Origin: Candidatus Poribacteria bacterium
GTDB taxonomy: Bacteria > Poribacteria > WGA-4E > WGA-3G
DNA length: 64,000 nucleotides
Direction of reading: 5' to 3'
Assembly (NCBI GenBank): GCA_022821495.1
Contig: JAJEDN010000104.1
Coordinates: forward strand, 14,043-78,042
Part shown: in pieces, positions 17,571-25,661 of the stretch
Layout of the letters: each line of letters opens with the position of its first letter
How positions within the stretch are numbered: the first letter of the stretch is position 1
Program-made: the position numbers and the translations under genes
The notes under the pieces: generated by a model
The model's database searches: none
Seen by the model: the letters and a program-made list of their open reading frames with translations, nothing else
What the model was told of the DNA's origin: nothing

Positions 17571-20153
17571 TTACACCTTCTGCTTCGGATTCCAGAACGC
17601 ACAAATCACTGCTGTAATCGGAATCGCAAGCACCAAGCCGAGTGTACCAGCCAGTAACCGCACAATCTCTGCGGAAACAACACCGATGCTCAATAACTGC
17701 GCAGGCGGCGATTTGAAGAAATTCAGATCCGGCGCTATAACCGTGACAACAAGCAGCAACTCCACACCGAGATAGGCAAAGACCAGCGTATTCACCATCG
17801 TTCCAAGGATGTCCGTCCCGACGTTGAGACCAGAAGCGATGAGTCGCCATGTCGGCATGTTTGGGTTCGCTCGGCGAATTTCTTCCATACTTGACGCCAC
17901 CTCAATCGCGCCGTCAACAGCGACACCTAACACCCCCATCAACATCCCTGCCAAGAGGATCTGCACGAAATCGAAGGGTGGCGTACGCGTCGCCTCTATA
18001 ATGTCCGCCGAAATCGCATTCTCTAACCCAGAGAAATGGAGATGTTGCTGCGCAAACAGGACAATCAGACCGGCGACCAAGATGCCTCCCATCGTCCCCA
18101 ACACAGCTGAAAACGTCTTCCGACTCGGACCGATAACGAACACCAGCGACACAAACGCGACCACACCTGAAGTCAGCGTCACGATGAACACAGCATTCGC
18201 ACCCCCCGAAATCAACGGCAGCATGAAGAAATAGATAACCGCCGCAGAGATCAGCATCGCACACGCCGTACGGATACCTTCAATCCGACCGACGAGGATA
18301 ATCAGGAGCAGCATCCCGCCGACCATCCAAACCAGGAACCGGTCTCTACCGTAATCTTGGACGATGTTAACAAGACTGACCTGATCAGGATCCCCGGCAA
18401 CACGGCACAAAATAACGTCACCGGGTTCTGCCGGAATACTCAGCAACGGCATATTGTGGTTCACAATATTCCGCAACACCAAGCGTCTGCCTTTATACAT
18501 CCCGCTCAGCATCTCCACCTCAAGGATATGATTCTCGCTCTTCGATTCAAAGACACTCAGGACAGTCTTCTCTCCCTGATCCGTCTCACGAATACTATAG
18601 GTCTGTTCATATTTAATATCCGAAAGGAGCCAGCGACTATCCTTCCACGGTTTGACGGCGACGGTAACTTCGTCAGAGAGCGGAATGTTCTCGGTGCCGA
18701 ACGCCTCACGCAATGCAACAGGAACGACCGCATTGTCCAGATCGTTTATAGCACTGCTATCAATATCAAAAAGGAAATTGCCGTTCGACTCAAGCAGTTG
18801 GGTAACTCTACCCTTCGCGTATTCCGACTGCTCCGAGATTGCAGCCGAGAGTCCGTGTGTACGATGATACACAAAGATGGTGCCGACCAAAACGACAGCC
18901 ATCGCAATAGGCACAGCGATACGCGCCTTGCTACGTGGCGGATCGGCACGGAACAACTCTTCTAACTCTTCCTCTGAAGGCAGGTTCTCGTGAATTTCGG
19001 ATCTGTCTACCTTCGCGTATTGCGTCAGGAACCCCGCAACGGATGCCGCAATCGGAACCGTCAACACCAATCCGATGGTGCCAACCACCGCTTGAATAAT
19101 CGCAACCGCTGTCGCTTCATCGTTGACGAGACGGAGAAATGGATAGAGGTAACCGACTTCAGGGAATTCGATGCGCGGGAGTAGCATCGTCATCATGTGC
19201 GCGCCGAGATAGGCAAAGATAAGCGTATCCGCCATCGTCCCCATAATGTCGCGTCCGACATTCAGACCCGCACGGATCGCCTGTCGCACGGTGATATTCG
19301 GGTTCACCTGCTTGACTTCATGCACACTTGAAGAGATGGACATACTCACATCCATCATCGCACCGACAGCCCCCAAGATAATGCCCGCAGTCAGGATCCC
19401 CGTGAAATCCCAGTGATGTGAGGCCGGTGTCCGCCACAACGCAATTCCGAGCTCAAGGAACCCGAACTCTTGCGCCAATCCTGTCAGTGCCATCGCGTGT
19501 TGACTGATGACCGACAAAACACCAACAGCAGCTAAACCGCCGAGGGTGCCTATCACACCAGAGATGACCTTGAAACTAAACCCCGTAATAAAAAGGAAAG
19601 TCACTAACGTGAGGAGGGCAGCAATTAAAAGTGCAACGCCAATCGGGTTGTAACCACTAATCGTCAGAGGCACCAGCAAATACAGCACAGCAAGGGCAGT
19701 GACAAACAGCGTCAAAATCGCGCGAACACCCTTCATCCCAGCGACAAGGACCATCAACACACCCAACGTACCCGCCAGATATAACAGGAACGGTGTCCGG
19801 AAATACTCTCGCATTGATACCCGTTCAATTCTCGGGTTTTTCGGATCCCGGAGCGGAATATCAAGGAACAGCACATCGCCTTTATGTAACACGCGATCAC
19901 CGAAGGCGCGTCCCGTCCAGACGTTATTGACCTGAACGACCTCGCCACGAAATTGTCCGGAGAGAATACGGAAAGACAATACCTGATCCGCTTCGTCACT
20001 TGTGTCTATTTTAATAACACGTCCCAAGCAGACCAGCACCTGTAACGCCCCATCGTGCGTTACCTTTGCAAACTGATAGAGTTGGACGTGCAACACCGCA
20101 ACACCCAAGAGGATGAGCAAGATAGCGATGATTTTGATATTTCTTTCTCGCAT
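17571..20153 (-). CDS. tandemly duplicated YibE/F-family membrane protein
   Basis: Two halves, each with an N-terminal soluble segment plus a polytopic region. Each half ends in a GA(M)MDVSMSISSS...GRDIMGTM..TL.FAYLG-type motif. Confidence 0.65.
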   Translation of the reverse strand: MRERNIKIIAILLILLGVAVLHVQLYQFAKVTHDGALQVLVCLGRVIKIDTSDEADQVLSFRILSGQFRGEVVQVNNVWTGRAFGDRVLHKGDVLFLDIPLRDPKNPRIERVSMREYFRTPFLLYLAGTLGVLMVLVAGMKGVRAILTLFVTALAVLYLLVPLTISGYNPIGVALLIAALLTLVTFLFITGFSFKVISGVIGTLGGLAAVGVLSVISQHAMALTGLAQEFGFLELGIALWRTPASHHWDFTGILTAGIILGAVGAMMDVSMSISSSVHEVKQVNPNITVRQAIRAGLNVGRDIMGTMADTLIFAYLGAHMMTMLLPRIEFPEVGYLYPFLRLVNDEATAVAIIQAVVGTIGLVLTVPIAASVAGFLTQYAKVDRSEIHENLPSEEELEELFRADPPRSKARIAVPIAMAVVLVGTIFVYHRTHGLSAAISEQSEYAKGRVTQLLESNGNFLFDIDSSAINDLDNAVVPVALREAFGTENIPLSDEVTVAVKPWKDSRWLLSDIKYEQTYSIRETDQGEKTVLSVFESKSENHILEVEMLSGMYKGRRLVLRNIVNHNMPLLSIPAEPGDVILCRVAGDPDQVSLVNIVQDYGRDRFLVWMVGGMLLLIILVGRIEGIRTACAMLISAAVIYFFMLPLISGGANAVFIVTLTSGVVAFVSLVFVIGPSRKTFSAVLGTMGGILVAGLIVLFAQQHLHFSGLENAISADIIEATRTPPFDFVQILLAGMLMGVLGVAVDGAIEVASSMEEIRRANPNMPTWRLIASGLNVGTDILGTMVNTLVFAYLGVELLLVVTVIAPDLNFFKSPPAQLLSIGVVSAEIVRLLAGTLGLVLAIPITAVICAFWNPKQKV

Positions 20154-20404
20154 ATTTTTTTTCGTTATTCGTTATCAGTAAGAAATTTGTGATTTACCCA
20201 AGTTACCTTTCAACCGATGACCGATAATCAATATTTTTCTGCTGCAACCGCTCCGGCACTAAATATCAAGACTGCAAATAATATGCCAATCCAAAAACCC
20301 CACATTTACGCTACAGTCCAACGCTCCCGGCATTAAAATTGCCCGAATCGGTGCAGTACCCGCACGGAGATTGCCCAAATCCGTGCAAGTTTTCGCTAGG
20401 CAAA

Positions 20405-20977
20405 TTACGCCAAAGTAACACGCCTATAAATACGGCGCAAATGAAGTTCACATTTAATTGAAGAAAGGGGAACCACATCCGCGATATCCTGGAATTCAGT
20501 GGATACCCACCGGTTTGCTTGACGAATGTAGTGCTCCACATGCATTCGGCTTTGGGAAATAAGCAGGTATTCTTTCAAAGATGCAATTTGCTGATAACGT
20601 GTAAATTTTTCATGCCGGTCATACGCTGCGGTCGAAGGCGACAGGACTTCTATGACAACAATCGGGTTAAGAAGCGTATCAAAAACGTCATCTTCAAAAC
20701 GTGGTTTCCCACAAACGACAGCGACATCCGGATACAAATAAGAGAGTGGAGCGTTCACTCCAACGCGCATATCACTGGCGTAAACGAGACAATCTCGGTC
20801 AAACAACTGGTTGTAAAGTTGATTAGCCGTATTCATTGTAATGATGTTGTGGGCGTTACTCGCGCCTGACATCGCGACAATTCGACCGCTTAGATACTCG
20901 CTTTTCGTAGAAGATTTACGCTCCAAGCTGATGTATTCCGCTGGAGATAGGTATGTTTGTGCTGCAAGATTTGACAT
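20405..20977 (-). CDS. Uma2 (DUF820) family endonuclease
   Basis: Motifs EY..LE...KSEY..G.I.AM.GAS..H, YPDV.VVC and EVLSPST are typical of Uma2. Confidence 0.8.
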   Translation of the reverse strand: MSNLAAQTYLSPAEYISLERKSSTKSEYLSGRIVAMSGASNAHNIITMNTANQLYNQLFDRDCLVYASDMRVGVNAPLSYLYPDVAVVCGKPRFEDDVFDTLLNPIVVIEVLSPSTAAYDRHEKFTRYQQIASLKEYLLISQSRMHVEHYIRQANRWVSTEFQDIADVVPLSSIKCELHLRRIYRRVTLA

Positions 20978-20989
20978 TTATCCTCCTCT

Positions 20990-22864
20990 TCAGAGATGCT
21001 TCCGTATATTCTCCGCTACGCTCCGTGGAATCCCTTTCACAGAGAGCAATGTATCCAGACTCGCCTCCCGGATCGCCTCAATTGAACCGAAATGCTGGAG
21101 CAGCGCCTGTTTCCGTCTCGGACCGACGTTCGGAATCTCGTCAAGCACAGACGCACTCAGCGACTTTTGTCGGAGCCTGCGATGATACGTAACCGCAAAC
21201 CGATGCGCCTCATCCCGTAATCGCTGGATCATGTGTAGCGTCGGATTATCTTCTCGTAATACAATCGGTCCCAATTTCCCCGGCACGAAAATCTCTTCAA
21301 TCCGCTTCGCAAGCGCGATCATTGGAATATCGGGAAGATGCGATGCCGCGAAAGCCTTCATAGCCGCCTGCGCCGCACTCAGCTGACCTTTCCCACCATC
21401 AATCAACATTAGATCCGGCAATTTATTAAATTTCTCATCGTCTGCCAAGGCACGGCGGAAACGGCGGGTGATCACCTCTCCCATCATCGCGAAATCGTTT
21501 TGCCCTTCAACCGAGCGAATCTTGAATCGGCGATACTCGCTCGAAGCCGGTTTTCCATCTTCCAAGACCACCATCGATCCGACCGCAAACCGATCACCGA
21601 GATTAGAAATATCGTACGCTTCAATCCGTCTGAGTGGGTGTTTTAACGCAAGAAGTTCCTGTAATTCGACGAGCGCAGGCTCCACACCGCTACTATAAAC
21701 CACATTCTGTTCCCGCTGTGTCAGCAAAATCTCAGCGTTTTTTGATGCCAAAGTTTGCAGCTTCCTGAGCCGACCGGCTCTCGGCACATGCAACCCGACA
21801 CGATTCCCACGTTTGTCACTCAGCCAATTCTCAATCACTTCCACCGATTCAATCGGCATCGGCAGGACAACCGTCTTTGGCACAAAAACAGCATTTTGAT
21901 AATACTGCGAAATGAATGCACTTAACGCCGTCGCGAGCGACGCTGGATCCGCATCGTTGAGGTAGTAATGCTCACGCTCAAGCAGTTTGCCGTCCCGAAC
22001 CCGCAGCAGCTGCACACACGCAATCTCTGTCCGTGCGGCGATCCCGATGACATCTTCATCTGCAGCGGAAACGCTATCGATGTTCTGTGTTGTGATCGCC
22101 TGCTGAACGTCTTTAAGTGTATCACGATACTTCGCGGCACTCTCAAAATCGAGTGCCTCCGCTGCGGCTTCCATCTGTTCTGTCAATTCTTTAACGACAG
22201 CATCTGTATTCCCACTCAAGAATTGACATACCTTTTGAACGATCTCCTCGTAATCTGCGACATTCATCTTATCGGCACAAGGTCCCGGACACCGTCCGAT
22301 GTGATAATCAAGGCAGACCCGATACGTGTTACCTGTCTCCCTGAGCGGCAAGGTACAGGTACGGATCGGAAAAAACTTCGTCAACTCCTTAAGCACCTGG
22401 CGTGTTGAACGCACATGAACAAACGGACCGAAATATCGCGTCCCATCATTTTCGGCTTTACGGGTAATATGGATACGTGGAAAAGCCTCATGCGTCGTTA
22501 CACGTAGATACGGGTAGCGTTTATCATCTTTCAACTTAACGTTGTAGCGGGGTTGATGCGCCTTAATGAGATTATTCTCTAAAATCAACGCCTCCACTTC
22601 AGTCTCTGTAACGATGTAATCAATCTCAGTCACATACCGCACCATCTGCGAAATCAACACCGATGTAGATTTATCCCGACTGTTAACAGCAAGTTTTGGC
22701 TTGCCAGCTTCGCCAAAATAGGAGCGCACGCGCGTCCGCAAACGGATCGCTTTCCCGACATAGATGACAGTACCATCGGAGGCTTTCATGAGATAAACGC
22801 CCGGCGCATTCGGCAGCGATTGCCACAATTCAGGGGGCGCAGTGTCCCGTTGTTCTGTCTTCAT
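20990..22864 (-). CDS. uvrC: excinuclease ABC subunit UvrC
   Basis: GIY-YIG N-terminus (GVYLM...VIYVGKA), UVR domain, Endo V-like domain and a C-terminal HhH. Confidence 0.95.
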   Translation of the reverse strand: MKTEQRDTAPPELWQSLPNAPGVYLMKASDGTVIYVGKAIRLRTRVRSYFGEAGKPKLAVNSRDKSTSVLISQMVRYVTEIDYIVTETEVEALILENNLIKAHQPRYNVKLKDDKRYPYLRVTTHEAFPRIHITRKAENDGTRYFGPFVHVRSTRQVLKELTKFFPIRTCTLPLRETGNTYRVCLDYHIGRCPGPCADKMNVADYEEIVQKVCQFLSGNTDAVVKELTEQMEAAAEALDFESAAKYRDTLKDVQQAITTQNIDSVSAADEDVIGIAARTEIACVQLLRVRDGKLLEREHYYLNDADPASLATALSAFISQYYQNAVFVPKTVVLPMPIESVEVIENWLSDKRGNRVGLHVPRAGRLRKLQTLASKNAEILLTQREQNVVYSSGVEPALVELQELLALKHPLRRIEAYDISNLGDRFAVGSMVVLEDGKPASSEYRRFKIRSVEGQNDFAMMGEVITRRFRRALADDEKFNKLPDLMLIDGGKGQLSAAQAAMKAFAASHLPDIPMIALAKRIEEIFVPGKLGPIVLREDNPTLHMIQRLRDEAHRFAVTYHRRLRQKSLSASVLDEIPNVGPRRKQALLQHFGSIEAIREASLDTLLSVKGIPRSVAENIRKHL

Positions 22865-22914
22865 CTTTATGCTCCTGTATCGGTTTGTGGCATGTTCCGA
22901 TGGTCGCGCGATGC

Positions 22915-23496
22915 CTACGAAAACTGAATCTTCGCATAGATCGCCCGCAAAGACAATTCACACCCTATCGAAACAAGGGAAAACACATCATCAAGCGATC
23001 GAAACGCCGTCAAATCCCACGTCTGTCCCTGTCGCAGATAGTGTTCAACGTGGACGCTGTTCTGCGAGATAAGCACATACTCACACAAGGAATCAAGTTT
23101 TTGATAGGACGCGAATTTCTCGCCGCGATCATAAGCTGCCGTTGACGGAGAAAGCACCTCTATCAAAACAGTCGGATTCAAAAGCGTATCAAAGTGTGAA
23201 TCCTCAAAACGCGGTACCTCACAGACAACAACAACATCTGGATAGGTATATCGTCCTGTTGAACTTACCTTCACACGCATATCGCTTGGATAAACTATAC
23301 ATGTCCGGTCCCGCAACTGGATATGAAGTTCAGCAAACGTATTCCCCATGATAACATTATGTTCATGACTGGCACCGGGCATTGCATATATCTGTCCGTT
23401 GCGGTATTCGCTTTTTCTCAATGCTTTTCGCTCCTGAGCCAGATATTCTTCAGGTGTTAGGAAGGTTCGTGTCGCAGTAGTTCCTACAGTTTCCAT
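22915..23496 (-). CDS. Uma2 (DUF820) family endonuclease
   Basis: Paralog of 20405-20977. Start taken at METVGTT to avoid overlap with trmB; the ORF track extends to 23538. Confidence 0.8.
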   Translation of the reverse strand: METVGTTATRTFLTPEEYLAQERKALRKSEYRNGQIYAMPGASHEHNVIMGNTFAELHIQLRDRTCIVYPSDMRVKVSSTGRYTYPDVVVVCEVPRFEDSHFDTLLNPTVLIEVLSPSTAAYDRGEKFASYQKLDSLCEYVLISQNSVHVEHYLRQGQTWDLTAFRSLDDVFSLVSIGCELSLRAIYAKIQFS

Positions 23497-23509
23497 AACT
23501 TTCTCCGTT

Positions 23510-24223
23510 TCACTCGGCTTTAAGACAAACTTTCTCATACACCGCCCGATAGATAGGTCTACCCTCTAAGATATACTTGGTTTCAAAGTTCGTAGCGATA
23601 TCGCGATCGGGTTTGAGATCCGCATCAATAGAATGCAGTACCGACAAATCTGCAAGCCGTTCCCGAATCTCTTGGAAATATGCCGCATAATCCGTCACAA
23701 TATACAACCGACCGCCATCTGAATTGAGTGTGTGTATCAACGCAGACAGGAAGTCTTGATTCCGAAAAATCCGGCGTTTCCGTTGCCGTTTCTTGGGCCA
23801 CGGATCAGGAAAATAGATATGATACGCTTGCACAGATGCTGCAGGCACATATCGAGTCAGAAAGTAGTTCGCATCCGTCCACGCCAACCGAACATTTGAG
23901 AAGGTTCCAGATGCTCTATCAATCCCGAAATGCCGTATGTATTTCTCAAACCGCTCCCGTGTCAATTCAACATACTTCTGTGCACGCTCTACGCCGATAT
24001 AGTTAACCTTCGGATACCGTTTCGACGCTTCAAGCAAAAAGCGACCCTTGCCGAATCCAATCTCTATTTCCACCGGGTGCGTATTCCCAAAGAACGCTTC
24101 CCAATCCATCGGCGCAGCGAACTCGCTAAGTGGGACAGCACGTTCTGTTATAATGTCAATGATCTGAGAGTGGGAAGTTGTATTCTGATAGTAGAGATCG
24201 TTGTAGTCAGGATTTTCACGCAT
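23510..24223 (-). CDS. trmB: tRNA (guanine-N7)-methyltransferase
   Basis: Motifs EIGFGKG and FPDPWPKKRQRKRR. Confidence 0.85.
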   Translation of the reverse strand: MRENPDYNDLYYQNTTSHSQIIDIITERAVPLSEFAAPMDWEAFFGNTHPVEIEIGFGKGRFLLEASKRYPKVNYIGVERAQKYVELTRERFEKYIRHFGIDRASGTFSNVRLAWTDANYFLTRYVPAASVQAYHIYFPDPWPKKRQRKRRIFRNQDFLSALIHTLNSDGGRLYIVTDYAAYFQEIRERLADLSVLHSIDADLKPDRDIATNFETKYILEGRPIYRAVYEKVCLKAE

Positions 24224-24268
24224 TTTTTATTAGTTTCTTCTTAGTACCAAAAACAAAGTTCGTAATGT

Positions 24269-24442
24269 AATGGAGAACGGATATACGCAATAGAACACTA
24301 AAGCATCAACACACCTGAACGATCCGCAAGGAAATATAAAAAAATGGAGAACGGATATACGCAATGAGACTCAAAAGCATCAACACACCTGAACGATCCG
24401 CAAGGAAATACAAAAAACCGAACCGCAAGGTATTATAAAAAA
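24269..24442 (+). repeat. R2 element, about 2.3 tandem units of 74 bp
   Basis: Unit is AATGGAGAACGGATATACGCAA...CCGCAAGGAAATATAAAAA. The final partial unit ends CCGAACCGCAAGGTATTATAAAAAA and overlaps the stop codon of the minus-strand gene at 24433. Confidence 0.7.
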
Positions 24443-25182
24443 TTGTGGAGATGCGTTTTAACCAAATTGTCTTCGGGTTGATACCCTAATACCTCAACAG
24501 CACCGCTGATATCAAGATAACTCTGCTGATAGCCATCAGAATTCGCAGACCGTCCATAAGTAACCAGATATTTAACCGGCCCATCATAATCCACAGCCAG
24601 CCCGAAAAGTTGCACACAATCTCGCGGTGTTAGGAGCGTGCTACAGTGGCGAATCCCACTCGGTTCATAAGTCCCATTGAAACTCCCGATTCGGAAGCTG
24701 ATGAACCGCATATCGTACGCATCAACGAGATACCGTCCCGCAATCTCCGCCATCCCCTTCATCGCGCCGTACCAACCATCAGGACGAAACTGATCCGCGG
24801 TCGAAAACCGAGGTGGCGAGTTCAACCGCTCATTCCAACCCGAAACATGATTCGTACTCGCATACACAATCTTCCGAATACCGCCCACTCGCGCCGCCTC
24901 AAATATATTCATAGATGCCCCGATATCGCTAACTTCATCCGGCACCTTCGGCACTGAATTTTGACGTATATAAGCGAGATGCACCAAAACATCCTGATCA
25001 CGACACAACTCCTGCATCGCCGCGTAGTCCCGAATATCCGCCTGCACGACACGAGAACTCGCACCCACAATCGGGTTAATATCCATTAACGTTAATGTGT
25101 AGGTATCTTGTTCTTCCCACGCCTTCCAAAGCGCGGTCCCGACTGTACCAGCCGCACCCGTGATAAGTACTCGTTGCTTCAT
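24433..25182 (-). CDS. NAD-dependent epimerase/dehydratase family protein
   Basis: Rossmann motif VLITGAAGTVG right after the ATG at 25182. The GTG-initiated extension to 25284 in the ORF track is unlikely. Confidence 0.7.
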   Translation of the reverse strand: MKQRVLITGAAGTVGTALWKAWEEQDTYTLTLMDINPIVGASSRVVQADIRDYAAMQELCRDQDVLVHLAYIRQNSVPKVPDEVSDIGASMNIFEAARVGGIRKIVYASTNHVSGWNERLNSPPRFSTADQFRPDGWYGAMKGMAEIAGRYLVDAYDMRFISFRIGSFNGTYEPSGIRHCSTLLTPRDCVQLFGLAVDYDGPVKYLVTYGRSANSDGYQQSYLDISGAVEVLGYQPEDNLVKTHLHNFL

Positions 25183-25289
25183 CAAGTTCTTCGGGATGGA
25201 AACCTCACCTTTTAAGGCGGGGAGGAAATCCCGCTCCTTTATTGTTAAGATTCCCCTAAAGGGGTCAGTCCGTTTTTTCGCCACGGTTT

Positions 25290-25385
25290 TATTGGCGATT
25301 CTCTCAAGTGGGCTGCTTCGTTCAACAAGACTGTCACGACTTGCCTAATAGACCTGACCCGGTGCTTTTAAGAAAACAGGTAATG
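25290..25385 (-). ncRNA. candidate SRP RNA domain IV-like hairpin with a 31-nt apical insert (boundaries uncertain)
   Basis: The minus strand reads GCACC-GGGUCAGGUC-[31 nt]-GAAGCAGCCC-A-CUUGAGAGAA. The flanks match the E. coli 4.5S core GGUCAGGUC(CGGAAG)GAAGCAGCC, including a 4-nt/1-nt asymmetric loop. The GGAA tetraloop is replaced by the insert. Confidence 0.35.
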
Positions 25386-25661
25386 ACCTTTCGGCGCTCC
25401 GCTTTCGCGGGTGTATGTTTCCGCATCCAGATCGCAAGTATCAGCCTTTATGTCAGACTTGGGGAGCATCCTTAGATATACCTACTACCCGTTCGGCATA
25501 CCGTTTTAAGACAGACCTTGTGGCTGCCACGCCACGATACTGCGATATATTACTGTAGTCAATAAGGGGTTTCCCTCGTGATAGTTACAGGCAGGCTACC
25601 ATCTACCACAAGCCCCCATGCTTTAGCAGGGGGTTATTGACCTCTTCTCCTTCAATTAAAA

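Noticed and set aside
20230-20404. A direct repeat ATTGCCC(G/A)AATC(G/C)GTGCA occurring twice, and the ORF at 20311-20541.
   Set aside because: Two short copies with no further context. The ORF overlaps the Uma2 gene and has no features, so it is left unannotated.
24269-24442. Possible CRISPR array (tandem 74-bp units). The R1 double cores at 9880-9960 and 30590-30700 raised the same question.
   Set aside because: There are only 2-3 units. The units are contiguous, with no unique spacers. The same sequences recur dispersed as single copies. No cas genes are present.
25425-25470. TPP riboswitch-like strings (GGCTGATA ... GATCTGGATGCGG).
   Set aside because: The spacing and the P3/P4 elements do not fit the THI-box. 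The downstream gene is unrelated to thiamine.
25183-25661. RNase P RNA, suggested by the plus-strand string GAGGAAATCCCGCTCC resembling the CR-I motif GAGGAAAGTCCGGGC.
   Set aside because: No matching 3' P4 strand (ACAGAA.CCGGCTTA-like) or other conserved regions occur on either strand. The string forms a simple local hairpin.
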